In this document: piece by piece, positions 42,743 through 52,404 of the stretch
Layout of the letters: each line of letters starts with the position of its first letter
How positions within the stretch are numbered: the first letter of the stretch is position 1
Assembly (NCBI GenBank): GCA_963849325.1
Contig: CAWKHF010000002.1
Coordinates: forward strand, 64,001-128,000
Reading direction: 5' to 3'
DNA: 64,000 nt
Origin: an uncultured Planctomycetota bacterium
Lineage (GTDB): Bacteria > Planctomycetota > Planctomycetia > Gemmatales > Gemmataceae
Notes under the pieces: generated by a model
Database searches by the model: none
What the model was told of the DNA's origin: nothing
What the model saw: the letters and a program-made list of their open reading frames with translations, nothing else
Translations under genes and position numbers: made by a program

Positions 42743-44023
42743 TTATAGACCCTGGATCATGCCTCGTGGGATGCGGAAGCGGAACGCGCCCGCCCGCCCG
42801 AAGGCCGAGGCCGGCAGTTCCAGCCCCAGGTACTCCACGTTTTTCGGCGGCACCGGAAAGACCAGGACTTCTTTCACCTGATGTCCGGGGTTCAGCGCGT
42901 CCACGTCGGCGCGGCCCACGACTTTCCAGCCTGCGTCAAAAGTTTTTTGAGTATAAGTACGGCCTGTATTGTCCGTCAAAGTCGGCGCGTGTTTGCTGGG
43001 CGAGCCGGTGAGGTCGGCCCACGGCTCATAGGGAGTCTGCTGAGAAAGGACCCCATCGTAGCTAACGCGCAGGCGGATCGCCAGGTGTTTGTCCGGCGAC
43101 AGGGTGCCGTTGCCCGAGCGATTTTTCAGCTCGACCCGGCCCACTTGCACGGAAACGACCTGCACGCGCACGTCCTCTCTCCGCAGGGCGTTGGCGGCGG
43201 CGTCCACCCAGTCGTCCTCCGCGACGGCCGGGTGAGCGGACATTCCACCGGGTCCGAAGGGGACGGCGACGGCGACGGGTGGCGGCGGCGGGGAAGAAGT
43301 CGGCCAAGCTCCCACGAAGAGCAAAGCGAAAAGGCACAGGAAGGATACGGCGACGGGGGCGATCCATCTCGTCCGGCGCCGCAGGGCGGGCAGCACGCCG
43401 GCCAACAGGCCGATCAATAAGCCCAGGGCGGCCAACGGCTTGGTCAGGAAGCTCAGATCGGCGAAGGAAGCCAGCAAAAGGGCCACGCTGCCGCAAAACA
43501 AGGCCGCCGCCGTGCCGCCATCGAGCCGGCGCAAGCGTTCGATCCAGGAAACCGGCTCGTCGGGTTCGTCCGCGCTCTCGTGCTCGAAGCGGGCGCGGGT
43601 CGGAAGTGGGATTTTCGCCGGCTCGGTTCGTACAGTCGTGCCGGAGAACACGGCAAGCGGGACGGGTGGAAGAGGAGGAGGAGATGTCGTTGTCTTCTCG
43701 GCCGCCGGATCGTTTCGTTTGACCGAATCATCGCCTACGGATGCGGTCGATTCCTCGTCCGGCCGGATCGGGACGCGCTTCGGCTCGTTTGTCTCCAGCA
43801 AGGGGGAGGATACCCACCACGGCTCCGAAGGGAGAGAAGGAGAAGAGGACGCCGTCGTCTCGGGGAGAGGGACTGGCCCCGTGGAGGACACCCACCACGG
43901 CTCGGCAGGAGGTGAACCCATAGGCGAGTCGGCCCGGTTCCCGCACGCGGGACAAATCCTTGTCTTGCCCGGAGGAGATTCGCTTGTCCTCAGAGTTCCC
44001 TTGCAGACGGGACATTCCGCCAT
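42743..44023 (-). CDS. Hypothetical zinc-ribbon / Pro-rich / 3-TM protein
   Basis: CPVC...CPAC, two EPWWVSS repeats, three TM helices and a C-terminal beta-rich domain. Confidence 0.7.
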   Translation of the reverse strand: MAECPVCKGTLRTSESPPGKTRICPACGNRADSPMGSPPAEPWWVSSTGPVPLPETTASSSPSLPSEPWWVSSPLLETNEPKRVPIRPDEESTASVGDDSVKRNDPAAEKTTTSPPPLPPVPLAVFSGTTVRTEPAKIPLPTRARFEHESADEPDEPVSWIERLRRLDGGTAAALFCGSVALLLASFADLSFLTKPLAALGLLIGLLAGVLPALRRRTRWIAPVAVSFLCLFALLFVGAWPTSSPPPPPVAVAVPFGPGGMSAHPAVAEDDWVDAAANALRREDVRVQVVSVQVGRVELKNRSGNGTLSPDKHLAIRLRVSYDGVLSQQTPYEPWADLTGSPSKHAPTLTDNTGRTYTQKTFDAGWKVVGRADVDALNPGHQVKEVLVFPVPPKNVEYLGLELPASAFGRAGAFRFRIPRGMIQGL

Positions 44024-44263
44024 GAGGTGATCCACCCCTGTAGCGAGCCGGCCGACCGCCGACTCCATCGCTCTCCTTTCGACTGACCCCCGGCGGTCCT
44101 TTCCGGGATCCCATCGCCACGGCAACGGCTTGATTGTACCGGAGACCGGGAACGGTTGATAGGGTCGGAAGCCTCTTCTTTTTTGAACGAATCGACGTTG
44201 CTGCGGTTAGAATGTAGTGAGAAGCCGTGCGCGGTTTCGAGTGGACGGACGAAAGGTATTTGG

Positions 44264-44324
44264 CCGAGCCTGAAGCGTAAGCGCAGAGAGCGAAGGGCGC
44301 TCTTCGCTTACGCTTCAGGCTCGG
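44264..44324. repeat. Family B palindromic repeat
   Basis: ccgagcctgaagcgtaagcg / cgcttacgcttcaggctcgg. Confidence 0.88.
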
Positions 44325-44356
44325 AGGGAATCTTGTGTCCGAAGAAAGAGAATACC

Positions 44357-45156
44357 GTGCCCAGATTATCACCTCAGGACCGTTCGCGTGGCTTCACGCT
44401 GATTGAGTTGTTGGTGGTGATCGCCATCATCGCCATCCTCATCGGCCTGCTGCTGCCGGCCGTGCAGAAGGTGCGCGAGGCCGCCGCACGCACGCAGGGC
44501 ACCAACAACCTCAAGCAGGTCGGCGTGGCGGCCCAGAGCTATCACGATACCTACAACCGGCTGCCCGACAACGGCGGGCCGAACACGTCCCTGAACCCGA
44601 CGAATTGGTGCTGGGCCTTCCAGTTACTGCCCTTCCTCGAGCAGACGGCGGTCTTCACTAACCAGCCCACGAATGTCGGTATCAAGACATACCTGTGTCC
44701 GGCGCGGGGTCGCAGCGGCTTCGCCACCGTGCAGAGCAGCACCAGCGGGGTCAACGTGCCGCTGGGGCCGTACACCGATTACGCCATCAACGGCGTTTCG
44801 TTCAGCGGTCCCGGCTCGACGTTGACCCTGACCGTCATCACGCCGCCAACGGGACGAGCAACACCATCCTGGGCGGCGAGAAGGCCATGGACACCAGCCA
44901 CTACAACAACACTCAGAGCGGGGGAACGATCTGGGACGAGCCGATTTACAGCGGCGGCTGGGGCAGCACCGGGCGCGGCAATCCCAATATCCTCCGCGAT
45001 GCGCCCGGCAATAGCTATCCGGGCAACTGGGGCGCGCCGTTCGGCGGCGGCGCCCTGTTCGTGCTCTGCGATGGCAGCGTGCGCCTGGTCCCGTTCGGCT
45101 TCAACCTCAGTGCCGCTCTTAATTACCAGAACACCACGCCGGGCACCTTGCCCTGA
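44357..45156 (+). CDS. DUF1559 prepilin-like protein (frameshift near 44842)
   Basis: [43 protein letters not shown] and CDGSVR motifs. Confidence 0.9.
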
Positions 45157-45159
45157 GCG

Positions 45160-45200
45160 CCGCCTCCGCGCAGCGCGCTCCGCTGCGCGTCGCGGCTAAA
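45160..45200. repeat. Family A repeat, degenerate
   Basis: Intact right arm cgctccgctgcgcgtcgcggctaaa. Confidence 0.75.
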
Positions 45201-45335
45201 CCTGGAACTTTTGAAGGAACGGCTTCTTTCGTACCCGTTTTGGCCTGGACGATGGGGCACACCTCCCCTTATAGGAGATCATGCCGGCGGCCAACGCTCT
45301 CCCCCGGCAATCCCTCCTCGCGGGAGAACGACAAG

Positions 45336-46964
45336 ATGCTCCGAGAGTTGTTTGCCTGGCGCGGTCAACGATCCGCTCCGCGGTCTTCTTTCCAGCCGGC
45401 GCTCGAACGGCTGGAGGACCGTCTCTGCCCGACCGTGTATTCCCTGACCGATCTGGGCACTCTGGGCGAAGCCCCGGTCGGCGCCGCGGCGATCAACTCC
45501 TCCGGCCAGGTTGTCGGTTCGTCGCTCACTTCCAGCGGCGCCGAACACGCTTTCCTCTCTGCCGGCGGCTCGTTGACCGACCTGGGCACTCTCGACGGCT
45601 ACGCCGCCAGCACCGCTCTCGGTATCAACGCCTCCGGCCAGGTCGTCGGGGAGGTGGACAACTCCTCCAGCGCCAGCGGACGAGCGTTCCTCTACCAAAA
45701 CGGGCAGATGACCGACCTGAATAGCCTGGTTTCTTCGTCTCCCGGTACGTTGATCCAAGCCTATTCCATCAATGACGGCGGGCAGATCGCCGGCGACCTG
45801 CTTGCGTCGGACGGCGCCGTCCACGCTTTCCTCTTCAGCAAGGGGACCGCGACCGACCTGGGCACGCTCGGCCCGGCCGGCAGCTACGCCACCGGCCTCA
45901 ACAACGCCGGCCAGGTCGCCGGCTACTACGACACCACCACCTCCGCCAACTCCGGCGCCGAACACGCCTTCCTCTTCAGTGGCGGCCGCATGATCGACCT
46001 GGGCACGCTCGGCGGCTCCGAGAGCGTGGCCTTCGGCATCAATGCCTCGGGGCAGGTCGCCGGTTTGGCCACGACGTCGAGCGGAGCGGCCCACGCTTTT
46101 CTCTACAGCGACGGCCACATGACGGACCTGGGTACGCTCGCCGGTTTCAACCAGAGCACCGCCGCCGCCATCAACGACGCCGGTCAGGTCGTCGGCGCCG
46201 CGGCCAAAAGCGGCGGCGAAATATCCTTTCCCACGGACGCTTTTCTCTACAGCGACGGGACCATGACCGACCTCAACAGCCTCCTGCCTCCGGGTGCCAA
46301 CGTGAAGCTGGCGGAGGCGTTCGCCATCAACGATCGTGGGCAAATCGTGGCCCTGGGATCGGACAGCCACCTCTATCTCTTGAACCCGCAGCAGGCCACG
46401 GGGACCGCCATCACGAACGGCATGGTCGCCCCCGGCACGTTCTCGATCGGCAACGGCGGTCAGCCGGTGACGGTCTCGGCCACGGTCAACGCCAACGACT
46501 CTTCCGCCATCGCGGGCACCGTGGTCTTCTCCCTGGTCGGTCCGAACGGGACACTGGTTAGCGATGGTCCCAACGGCGTCTCCATGGCTGCCGGCGGGCA
46601 GGCGACCGACACGCTGACGGTCCCGGCCGCGACGGCGCTCGGAACGTATGGTCTCCAGGTGTCCTACCTCGGCGACGGTCAGACGACGACACGGTTCTTC
46701 GCCGGGGCACTGACCATCAACGCGGCCAGCGCTCCGCCTTCGTCTCCCTCACCGTCCTCACCGCCGCCGACTCTCTTCCAGGCGTTGTACGCGGTGTACG
46801 TTGACGGGATCGAGTTGGCGCTTGACGTGCTGTCGCACAAGGATGTGTCGGCCGTGCAAGCCAGCCTCGCCGCCACTCTGCCCTACGCTGGATCTTTCGG
46901 GCCGCTGTTCGAGCTGCTCGGCATTCAGGCCGTGTTCAACTCCTCGGGATCGCGAAGCACGTAA
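45336..46964 (+). CDS. Extracellular HAF-repeat protein with planctomycete LExLEDR leader
   Basis: LERLEDR motif; repeated HAFL..G..TDLGTL and IN..GQV.G units. Confidence 0.9.
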   Translation: MLRELFAWRGQRSAPRSSFQPALERLEDRLCPTVYSLTDLGTLGEAPVGAAAINSSGQVVGSSLTSSGAEHAFLSAGGSLTDLGTLDGYAASTALGINASGQVVGEVDNSSSASGRAFLYQNGQMTDLNSLVSSSPGTLIQAYSINDGGQIAGDLLASDGAVHAFLFSKGTATDLGTLGPAGSYATGLNNAGQVAGYYDTTTSANSGAEHAFLFSGGRMIDLGTLGGSESVAFGINASGQVAGLATTSSGAAHAFLYSDGHMTDLGTLAGFNQSTAAAINDAGQVVGAAAKSGGEISFPTDAFLYSDGTMTDLNSLLPPGANVKLAEAFAINDRGQIVALGSDSHLYLLNPQQATGTAITNGMVAPGTFSIGNGGQPVTVSATVNANDSSAIAGTVVFSLVGPNGTLVSDGPNGVSMAAGGQATDTLTVPAATALGTYGLQVSYLGDGQTTTRFFAGALTINAASAPPSSPSPSSPPPTLFQALYAVYVDGIELALDVLSHKDVSAVQASLAATLPYAGSFGPLFELLGIQAVFNSSGSRST

Positions 46965-46970
46965 GACAAT

Positions 46971-47032
46971 CTTTCGGAGCCTGAAGCGTCAGCGAAGGGC
47001 ATTTCCTTCGCTGACGCTTCAGGCTCCGAAAG
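46971..47032. repeat. Family B palindromic repeat; supplies the VKOR gene TGA stop
   Basis: ctttcggagcctgaagcgtcagcgaagg / ccttcgctgacgcttcaggctccgaaag. Confidence 0.88.
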
Positions 47033-47564
47033 AAGCTCCCCGCAGGGCTTGACGCCACGACCGTCCGCGCGCCCGTTCGTCGCGCACGTGGCGAATCGTC
47101 GCCCAAACTTCATCGGCGACGGCGAGGGTCGTCAGGATGGAGCAGACGGCCGAGGCCAGGCAGAGCGTGCAGTAATGGCCGAAGAAGAGAGGTTGGCTCG
47201 CCGCCAGTGCTACGCCGCTGACACCGAGGCCGCCGGCCATCAGTCCCAGTGCCAGCACGGCCCACGGCGCCGTACGCCAACGCCGCTGTCCGCCGAGGCA
47301 GTCGAGTACCGCGTCGAACCCATACGCCACGGCGCCCAGCGACGCATCGGGTACCGGCAGCAAACGGGCGATGGCCGACTCCTTGAGGATGACCTTGCTG
47401 CCGTCACCGAAAAACGGCTCCCAAACGCTCGTCAACACATCGACCTGGTAGAGCGTAAGGTAAGTGGCGATGGCACAGCCGAGCACGCTGAGGAGGAAGG
47501 TCGGTAGCCGCCTCGGCCACATCGAGGGGTTGTGCGTCCAGCCGGAGGGAAGGGGGTCTGACAT
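47019..47564 (-). CDS. Vitamin K epoxide reductase (VKOR) family membrane protein
   Basis: GW.HNPS.W, WEPFFGDGS, PDASLGA and CTLC motifs. Confidence 0.8.
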   Translation of the reverse strand: MSDPLPSGWTHNPSMWPRRLPTFLLSVLGCAIATYLTLYQVDVLTSVWEPFFGDGSKVILKESAIARLLPVPDASLGAVAYGFDAVLDCLGGQRRWRTAPWAVLALGLMAGGLGVSGVALAASQPLFFGHYCTLCLASAVCSILTTLAVADEVWATIRHVRDERARGRSWRQALRGASFGA

Positions 47565-47754
47565 CAGGGTTCCCGCTTGTTGAGGTTGGCCGCCGTCCGT
47601 TCGCCGCGCCGATGGGAAGGACCACAAACTACTCGGCAAAAGCGAGGCCGAAGCCGCCCGCGCAGAGAGGCCAAATTTTTTGTCTGGCAAGCCGCCGGGC
47701 AATCCTCCACAATAATGGAGAGCCGCCTTGTACCCACCTTGAAGGAACCCGACC

Positions 47755-49389
47755 ATGATGCTCTGCCGACGCACGGTCGCCATTCTCGTCCTCGGCCTCG
47801 TCGTTCCCGCCTTCCTGGGCGCCGAAGCGCCGGTCGCCGGGCCGAAGCTGCCGGCCAAACTAGCCCTGACTGGCCTGGCCCCCTCGAAGCTCGTCCCCGA
47901 CCTGTGCATCGTGCGCTATCGCATCAGCACGACCTCGCCGGAATGTCAGGCGTTCTTCGATCAGGGACTCGGTTACTTTTATTCCTACGTGTGGATGGAA
48001 GCGGCCCGCTCGTTCGAGACCGCCCTGGGCTACGACCCGGAGTGCCCGCTGGCCTGGTGGGGCCTGAGCCGTGCCCTGGAACGCTGGGGCAAAAAGAACC
48101 ACACCGAGGCGCTCTTGAAGGCGAGCAAGTTTCAGGCTCGGGCCAGCCACCGCGAACAGCAGCTCATCCTGGCCAGCATGCAAGAGAAGGGCCACGCTCC
48201 CGGCGTCGGCGACGCCGACAAGCGCAAGAAGGCGGCCATCGCCACCCTCGATAACCTCATCGCGCTGTACGAGGACGATGAGGAAGCATGGTACTACCGC
48301 GCTCAGCTGGCGGCCAACGGCGGCTTGCACGGCGGCCTGGCCGCGTCGGTGCCGTTTTACAAGGCCCTTCTTCGTATCAATTCGCTGCATCCCGGCGCCA
48401 ATCACGAACTGCTGCACTACTACGAAAACTCGCGGCGACCGGCGCTGGGCTGGATTCACGCCGAGAAGTACATCCAGTCGTCGCCGGGCCTGCCGCACGC
48501 CTTCCACATGCAGGCCCACCTGGCCATGCGCATCGGCAAGTGGGGACAAACCACCGACCGCTCCGCCCACGCCATCGAACTGGAACGCGCCTACCACAAG
48601 GAGATGAACGTCAAGCCCAGGCAGGACGACCAGTATGCTCACCACCTGGAGACGCTGCTGCGTTCGCTCATCCACGACGGCCGCTTCGCCGAAGCGCGGG
48701 CCATCGAAACGGAGCAGCGCGCCTGCGGCTTCAAGTCCGGCCTGACCTGGTTCCAGTTGCACCTGGCCGAGCGCGACGGACCCGGAGCACGGAAGATCAT
48801 CGACGAGATGCGCAAGACCAGCAAGGGCGACAAGGCGACGCCGGCCTATCTTTCCGCCCTGCTCGCTCTCAAGCAGGGGGAGGCGGCGCGGGCGCTGCCG
48901 GAGATCGAGGTCATGCAGCACGCCTTCCGCGACCGGCACGACAAACGGCTGGAGTTTCGCCTGTGGGAGACGCAGGGCTGGTACATGTGCCAGACCGGCG
49001 ACGCCGACGCGGGCCTGAAACTGCTGGCCCGCGTCGTCGAGAAAACCAAGGACGACTACAGCCATCACGCCTGGGGCAACGGCGCCTATTACATGGAGAC
49101 GTGGGGCATCGCCGCTTTGCAAGCCGGCCGAGAGGCGATCGCGGAAGAAGCGTTTCTCGAAGCGCTGGCGCACGACGCCGCCAGTGTGCGCGGCGCCCTG
49201 GGCATGCAGGTTTTGTGCGAACATCAGGGCCGCACGGAGGAAGCGCGTCGCTTCGGCGATCTGGCGCGGCGCTGCTGGGGCCGGGCCAACTCAGACAGTT
49301 TGACGGCCGAGTTAACCGCCCTGCGCTCCGAGCGCTATAGCGTTCGGCGAGCTGAAGCGGTGCCGAGCGATTCCTCGACTCGTCATTGA
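47755..49389 (+). CDS. Secreted TPR-repeat protein
   Basis: Signal peptide; QAFFDQGL...EAARSF, HPGANH and H..HM..H motifs. Confidence 0.8.
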   Translation: MMLCRRTVAILVLGLVVPAFLGAEAPVAGPKLPAKLALTGLAPSKLVPDLCIVRYRISTTSPECQAFFDQGLGYFYSYVWMEAARSFETALGYDPECPLAWWGLSRALERWGKKNHTEALLKASKFQARASHREQQLILASMQEKGHAPGVGDADKRKKAAIATLDNLIALYEDDEEAWYYRAQLAANGGLHGGLAASVPFYKALLRINSLHPGANHELLHYYENSRRPALGWIHAEKYIQSSPGLPHAFHMQAHLAMRIGKWGQTTDRSAHAIELERAYHKEMNVKPRQDDQYAHHLETLLRSLIHDGRFAEARAIETEQRACGFKSGLTWFQLHLAERDGPGARKIIDEMRKTSKGDKATPAYLSALLALKQGEAARALPEIEVMQHAFRDRHDKRLEFRLWETQGWYMCQTGDADAGLKLLARVVEKTKDDYSHHAWGNGAYYMETWGIAALQAGREAIAEEAFLEALAHDAASVRGALGMQVLCEHQGRTEEARRFGDLARRCWGRANSDSLTAELTALRSERYSVRRAEAVPSDSSTRH

Positions 49390-49406
49390 GCGCGGAGTTA
49401 TCCGCC

Positions 49407-49856
49407 TCACACGGTCGCGGGATCGACGACTGCGATACCTGGCCCAAATCGCGCCATCCGAACGAAGTGAGCGACGTTGAACGTCAGCAAATGTGTCACT
49501 GCATGTATGTGACAAACGGCAACGAGGCGGGCATCGTGGACCTGCTTGCCGACAATCCCCAGCGTAACCACGAGGGCCTTCCAGGCTGGATAGATGTCCG
49601 GCGTCTCCTTCAGAAGCGGGAACTTCGTCTCGAATATTGCTGCCTTCACCTCCGCGTCCACCGCCGACAATCCCAGGCCGTTCACGGCCCTGGGGCGGGT
49701 GGCCATGTTGCGGAACTCGACGAGGTTCTGTGCCGTGACGTGCAGCACCTCACCGCGTCGGTGCAATTCCATCACCGCTCGGTCGGCAAGGGAGTGGTGT
49801 GCGTCCGCCTTGTTCGCCAAGCGGCTCAATATGCTGGTGTCGAGCAGGTAAGCCAC
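49407..49856 (-). CDS. vapC: PIN-domain (VapC-like) toxin
   Basis: YLLDTSIL, QNLVEF, GKQVHDARLVA and LLTFN motifs. Confidence 0.88.
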   Translation of the reverse strand: MAYLLDTSILSRLANKADAHHSLADRAVMELHRRGEVLHVTAQNLVEFRNMATRPRAVNGLGLSAVDAEVKAAIFETKFPLLKETPDIYPAWKALVVTLGIVGKQVHDARLVAVCHIHAVTHLLTFNVAHFVRMARFGPGIAVVDPATV

Positions 49857-50089
49857 TAATCGTACAGTCCTTCGCTGCTCAAGGCCTCGTCGGACAGGGA
49901 TACGCCACAGTCCGTCGCCGCTTCGCGCAGGCCGCGCTCCCACTCATCCCGAGGCTCGAGCAGCGTGGTCGGGAGGGGAAGGAACCTCTCGCGCAGGGCG
50001 TCGAGGGCCAGGACATCGGGAGCAATTCCCTGCTGGCGTGCCCGCTCGTTCAGGGCGGCCTCCAACTCGGGGGTAAGCGTGATAACCAT
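49856..50089 (-). CDS. Antitoxin partner (RHH-like)
   Basis: ITLTPELEAAL..RARQQG start and LSDEALSSEGLYD end; GGAGG RBS; overlaps the toxin start. Confidence 0.78.
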   Translation of the reverse strand: MVITLTPELEAALNERARQQGIAPDVLALDALRERFLPLPTTLLEPRDEWERGLREAATDCGVSLSDEALSSEGLYD

Positions 50090-50156
50090 TGCTATTCCTC
50101 CGTGTTCAAGTTTCCGGCGGTATGATACCTGATGCGCCGGCGACGTGCAAACCGGC

Positions 50157-51764
50157 TTAGACAGCGGATAATGGCGCATAACGCGCCAGGATGGCCTTGG
50201 CGGAACGCAGACCATCGACGGCGGCGCTGACGATGCCGCCGGCGTAGCCGGCCCCCTCGCCGACCGGATACAGCCCTTCCATCCCCGGCGTCTCCCGTGT
50301 CGCGTCATCGCGGACGATCCGCACCGGGGCGCTGCCGCGCGCCTCGGGACCGACCAGCGTCGCCTCGGGCAGGAACCGGCCGCGCCAGCGACGGTCCATG
50401 ATCGGCAGGCCGTGCCGCAGCGCCTCGACGACCAGCGGCGGCACCAGCTCGGCGATGCGGCCGGGCACCGCTCCGCGCGGATAGCTGTTGGCCGGCACGT
50501 CCGGCGTATCGCGGCCGGCGAGGAAATCGCCGACACGCTGGATCGGACAGAGGTAATCGCGCCGGCCCATCTCGAAGGCCCGCTGCTCGTACACCTGCTG
50601 CAAACGCACGCCGGCCAGCACGTCGTCGCCGCCGAAATGCTCCGGCGGCACCGTCACCACCAGGCCGCTGTTGGCGAACGGCGAATCGTGCTTGGACAGG
50701 CTCATGCCGTTGGTGCAGAACGCTCCCGGCTCCGACACGCTCGGCATGATGTAGCCGCCGGCGCACATGCAGAAGGTGAACAGGTCGTGCGGGCCGTTGG
50801 CGACCAGCGAATAATCGGCCGCTCCCAAGCCGCTGCTCCAGCGGCGTCGGGCCGTACTGCACGCGGTTGACCGTCTCCTGCGGAGTGCTCGATGCGCACG
50901 CCCATCTGGAACGGCTTGGGCACCATCGGCACGCCGCGCGCAGCAGCATTTCGATAGGTGTCGCGGGCGCTGTGGCCGATGGCCAGCACGGCCACGGACG
51001 CCGGGACGTAACCCGAGGACGTCGCCAGGCCGCGCAGCCGGCCGTCGGCCAGGTCGAGGTCCTCGACGCGGCAGGAGAAACGCACCTCGCCGCCCAGCGC
51101 CTCGATGCGGCGGCGGAGGGCCTTGACCACGGCCGGCAGGCGGTTGCTGCCCAGGTGCGGCCGGGCGTCGTAGAGGATCGACGGCTTGCCCTTGCACTCG
51201 GCGAACAGTTCCAGCACGCGGCGCACGTCCGGGCCGGAGTTGCGGTAGGTCAGCTTGCCGTCGCTGAAGGTGCCGGCCCCGCCCTCGCCGAACAGGTAGT
51301 TGCTCTCCGGATCGAGCGGCCCGCCCGCGTCGAAGGCGCGGACGTCGCGGATGCGGTCGCGCACGGCTCGGCCGCGCTCCAGCACCAGCGGCCGATAGCC
51401 CTGCTCCGCCAGGAAGTACGCCGCCACCAGACCGCCGGGCCCGGAGCCGACGACCACCGGCCGATGCGTCAGCGGCCGCGTGCCGGGCGGCGGCAAGGTG
51501 AACGGCGTCTCCTGATAGACGTCGATGCGGGCCATGCCGTGGCGAACGCGGCGCGGCCAGGCGTGCCTCGTCCTCCGGCAGCGAGACCTCGGCGGTGTAG
51601 ACGAACTGCAGAGCATCCTTGTTGCGGGCGTCGAGGCTCTTGCGGAGGATGCGCCAGCGGCCCAGAGCGGCGGAAGCGAGTCCCAGAATCCGCGCCAGGC
51701 GTTCGGGCAGGGCGCTCTCAGGCTCGTCCACGCTCAGGCGGACGTTGGAGATGCGCAGCGACAT
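50157..51764 (-). CDS. FAD-dependent dehydrogenase (COG2509-like; frameshifted)
   Basis: GSGPGG, FGEGGAGTFSDGKL, FCMCAGG and GEGAGYAGGIVSAAVDG motifs across frames. Confidence 0.88.
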   Translation of the reverse strand: MSLRISNVRLSVDEPESALPERLARILGLASAALGRWRILRKSLDARNKDALQFVYTAEVSLPEDEARLAAPRSPRHGPHRRLSGDAVHLAAARHAAADASAGGRRLRARRSGGGVLPGGAGLSAAGAGARPSRARPHPRRPRLRRGRAARSGEQLPVRRGRGRHLQRRQADLPQLRPGRAPRAGTVRRVQGQAVDPLRRPAAPGQQPPAGRGQGPPPPHRGAGRRGAFLLPRRGPRPGRRPAARPGDVLGLRPGVRGRAGHRPQRPRHLSKCCCARRADGAQAVPDGRAHRALRRRRSTACSTARRRWSSGLGAADYSLVANGPHDLFTFCMCAGGYIMPSVSEPGAFCTNGMSLSKHDSPFANSGLVVTVPPEHFGGDDVLAGVRLQQVYEQRAFEMGRRDYLCPIQRVGDFLAGRDTPDVPANSYPRGAVPGRIAELVPPLVVEALRHGLPIMDRRWRGRFLPEATLVGPEARGSAPVRIVRDDATRETPGMEGLYPVGEGAGYAGGIVSAAVDGLRSAKAILARYAPLSAV

Positions 51765-51831
51765 GCTCCGCTCGTGGATCGCGGAACGCGGATCGAAGAG
51801 ATACGATCCACGATCCGCGCGCGGATGCGAT

Positions 51832-52239
51832 TTACTTGCCCTTTTTGCCGACCAGCTGCGAGATTCTGACCGAGCCCAGATGCTTGCGGATCTGGTCGGC
51901 GCTCTCCTTGCAGATGGAGTCGAGCTTGCTGTTGAGGGGGCCGTTCTTCTTTTCGCCGCTGAGCGGGGCCAGACCACGGATCGGCCCATCGACGGCTTCG
52001 AGGATCTCCAGCAGCGAAATGTCGCTAGCCGGCTTGGCCAGGCGATAACCGCCGTTAGGACCCTTGATGGAGAGAAGCACGCGGGCCGACACCAGCGGCT
52101 TGAGCACCTTGAGCAGGAAGCGTTCCGGGATTTTCCGGGCCTTGGCGATGACGTGCGAGGCCACCGGCTCGTTGCTGCCCGAGTCCGCCATGTAGGCCAC
52201 GGCGTGCAAGGCATAACTGGAAGCACGTGTGAGTTTCAT
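51832..52239 (-). CDS. Rrf2-family transcriptional regulator
   Basis: SYAL, IPERFL.KVL..L and S.KG.NGGY.LAKP...ISLLEI.EAVDG motifs. Confidence 0.93.
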   Translation of the reverse strand: MKLTRASSYALHAVAYMADSGSNEPVASHVIAKARKIPERFLLKVLKPLVSARVLLSIKGPNGGYRLAKPASDISLLEILEAVDGPIRGLAPLSGEKKNGPLNSKLDSICKESADQIRKHLGSVRISQLVGKKGK

Positions 52240-52404
52240 AACAGCCTAACGGTCGTCCGTTTCCGGGCGACACCTACTCCTCTAGGGGAACGGGACGAAA
52301 AGGGAAAAGGCGATTCGCTCTGCAACGCTACCCGGCGTCTTGAGGGGTTGCACCCTACCGTCCACTCGGCATTGAGTGAAGGGGTCTAGATGAAGAAAGC
52401 CGTC

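Noticed and set aside
49407-50089. Toxin-antitoxin pair as a novel system
   Set aside because: Ordinary PIN-domain VapBC-like module.
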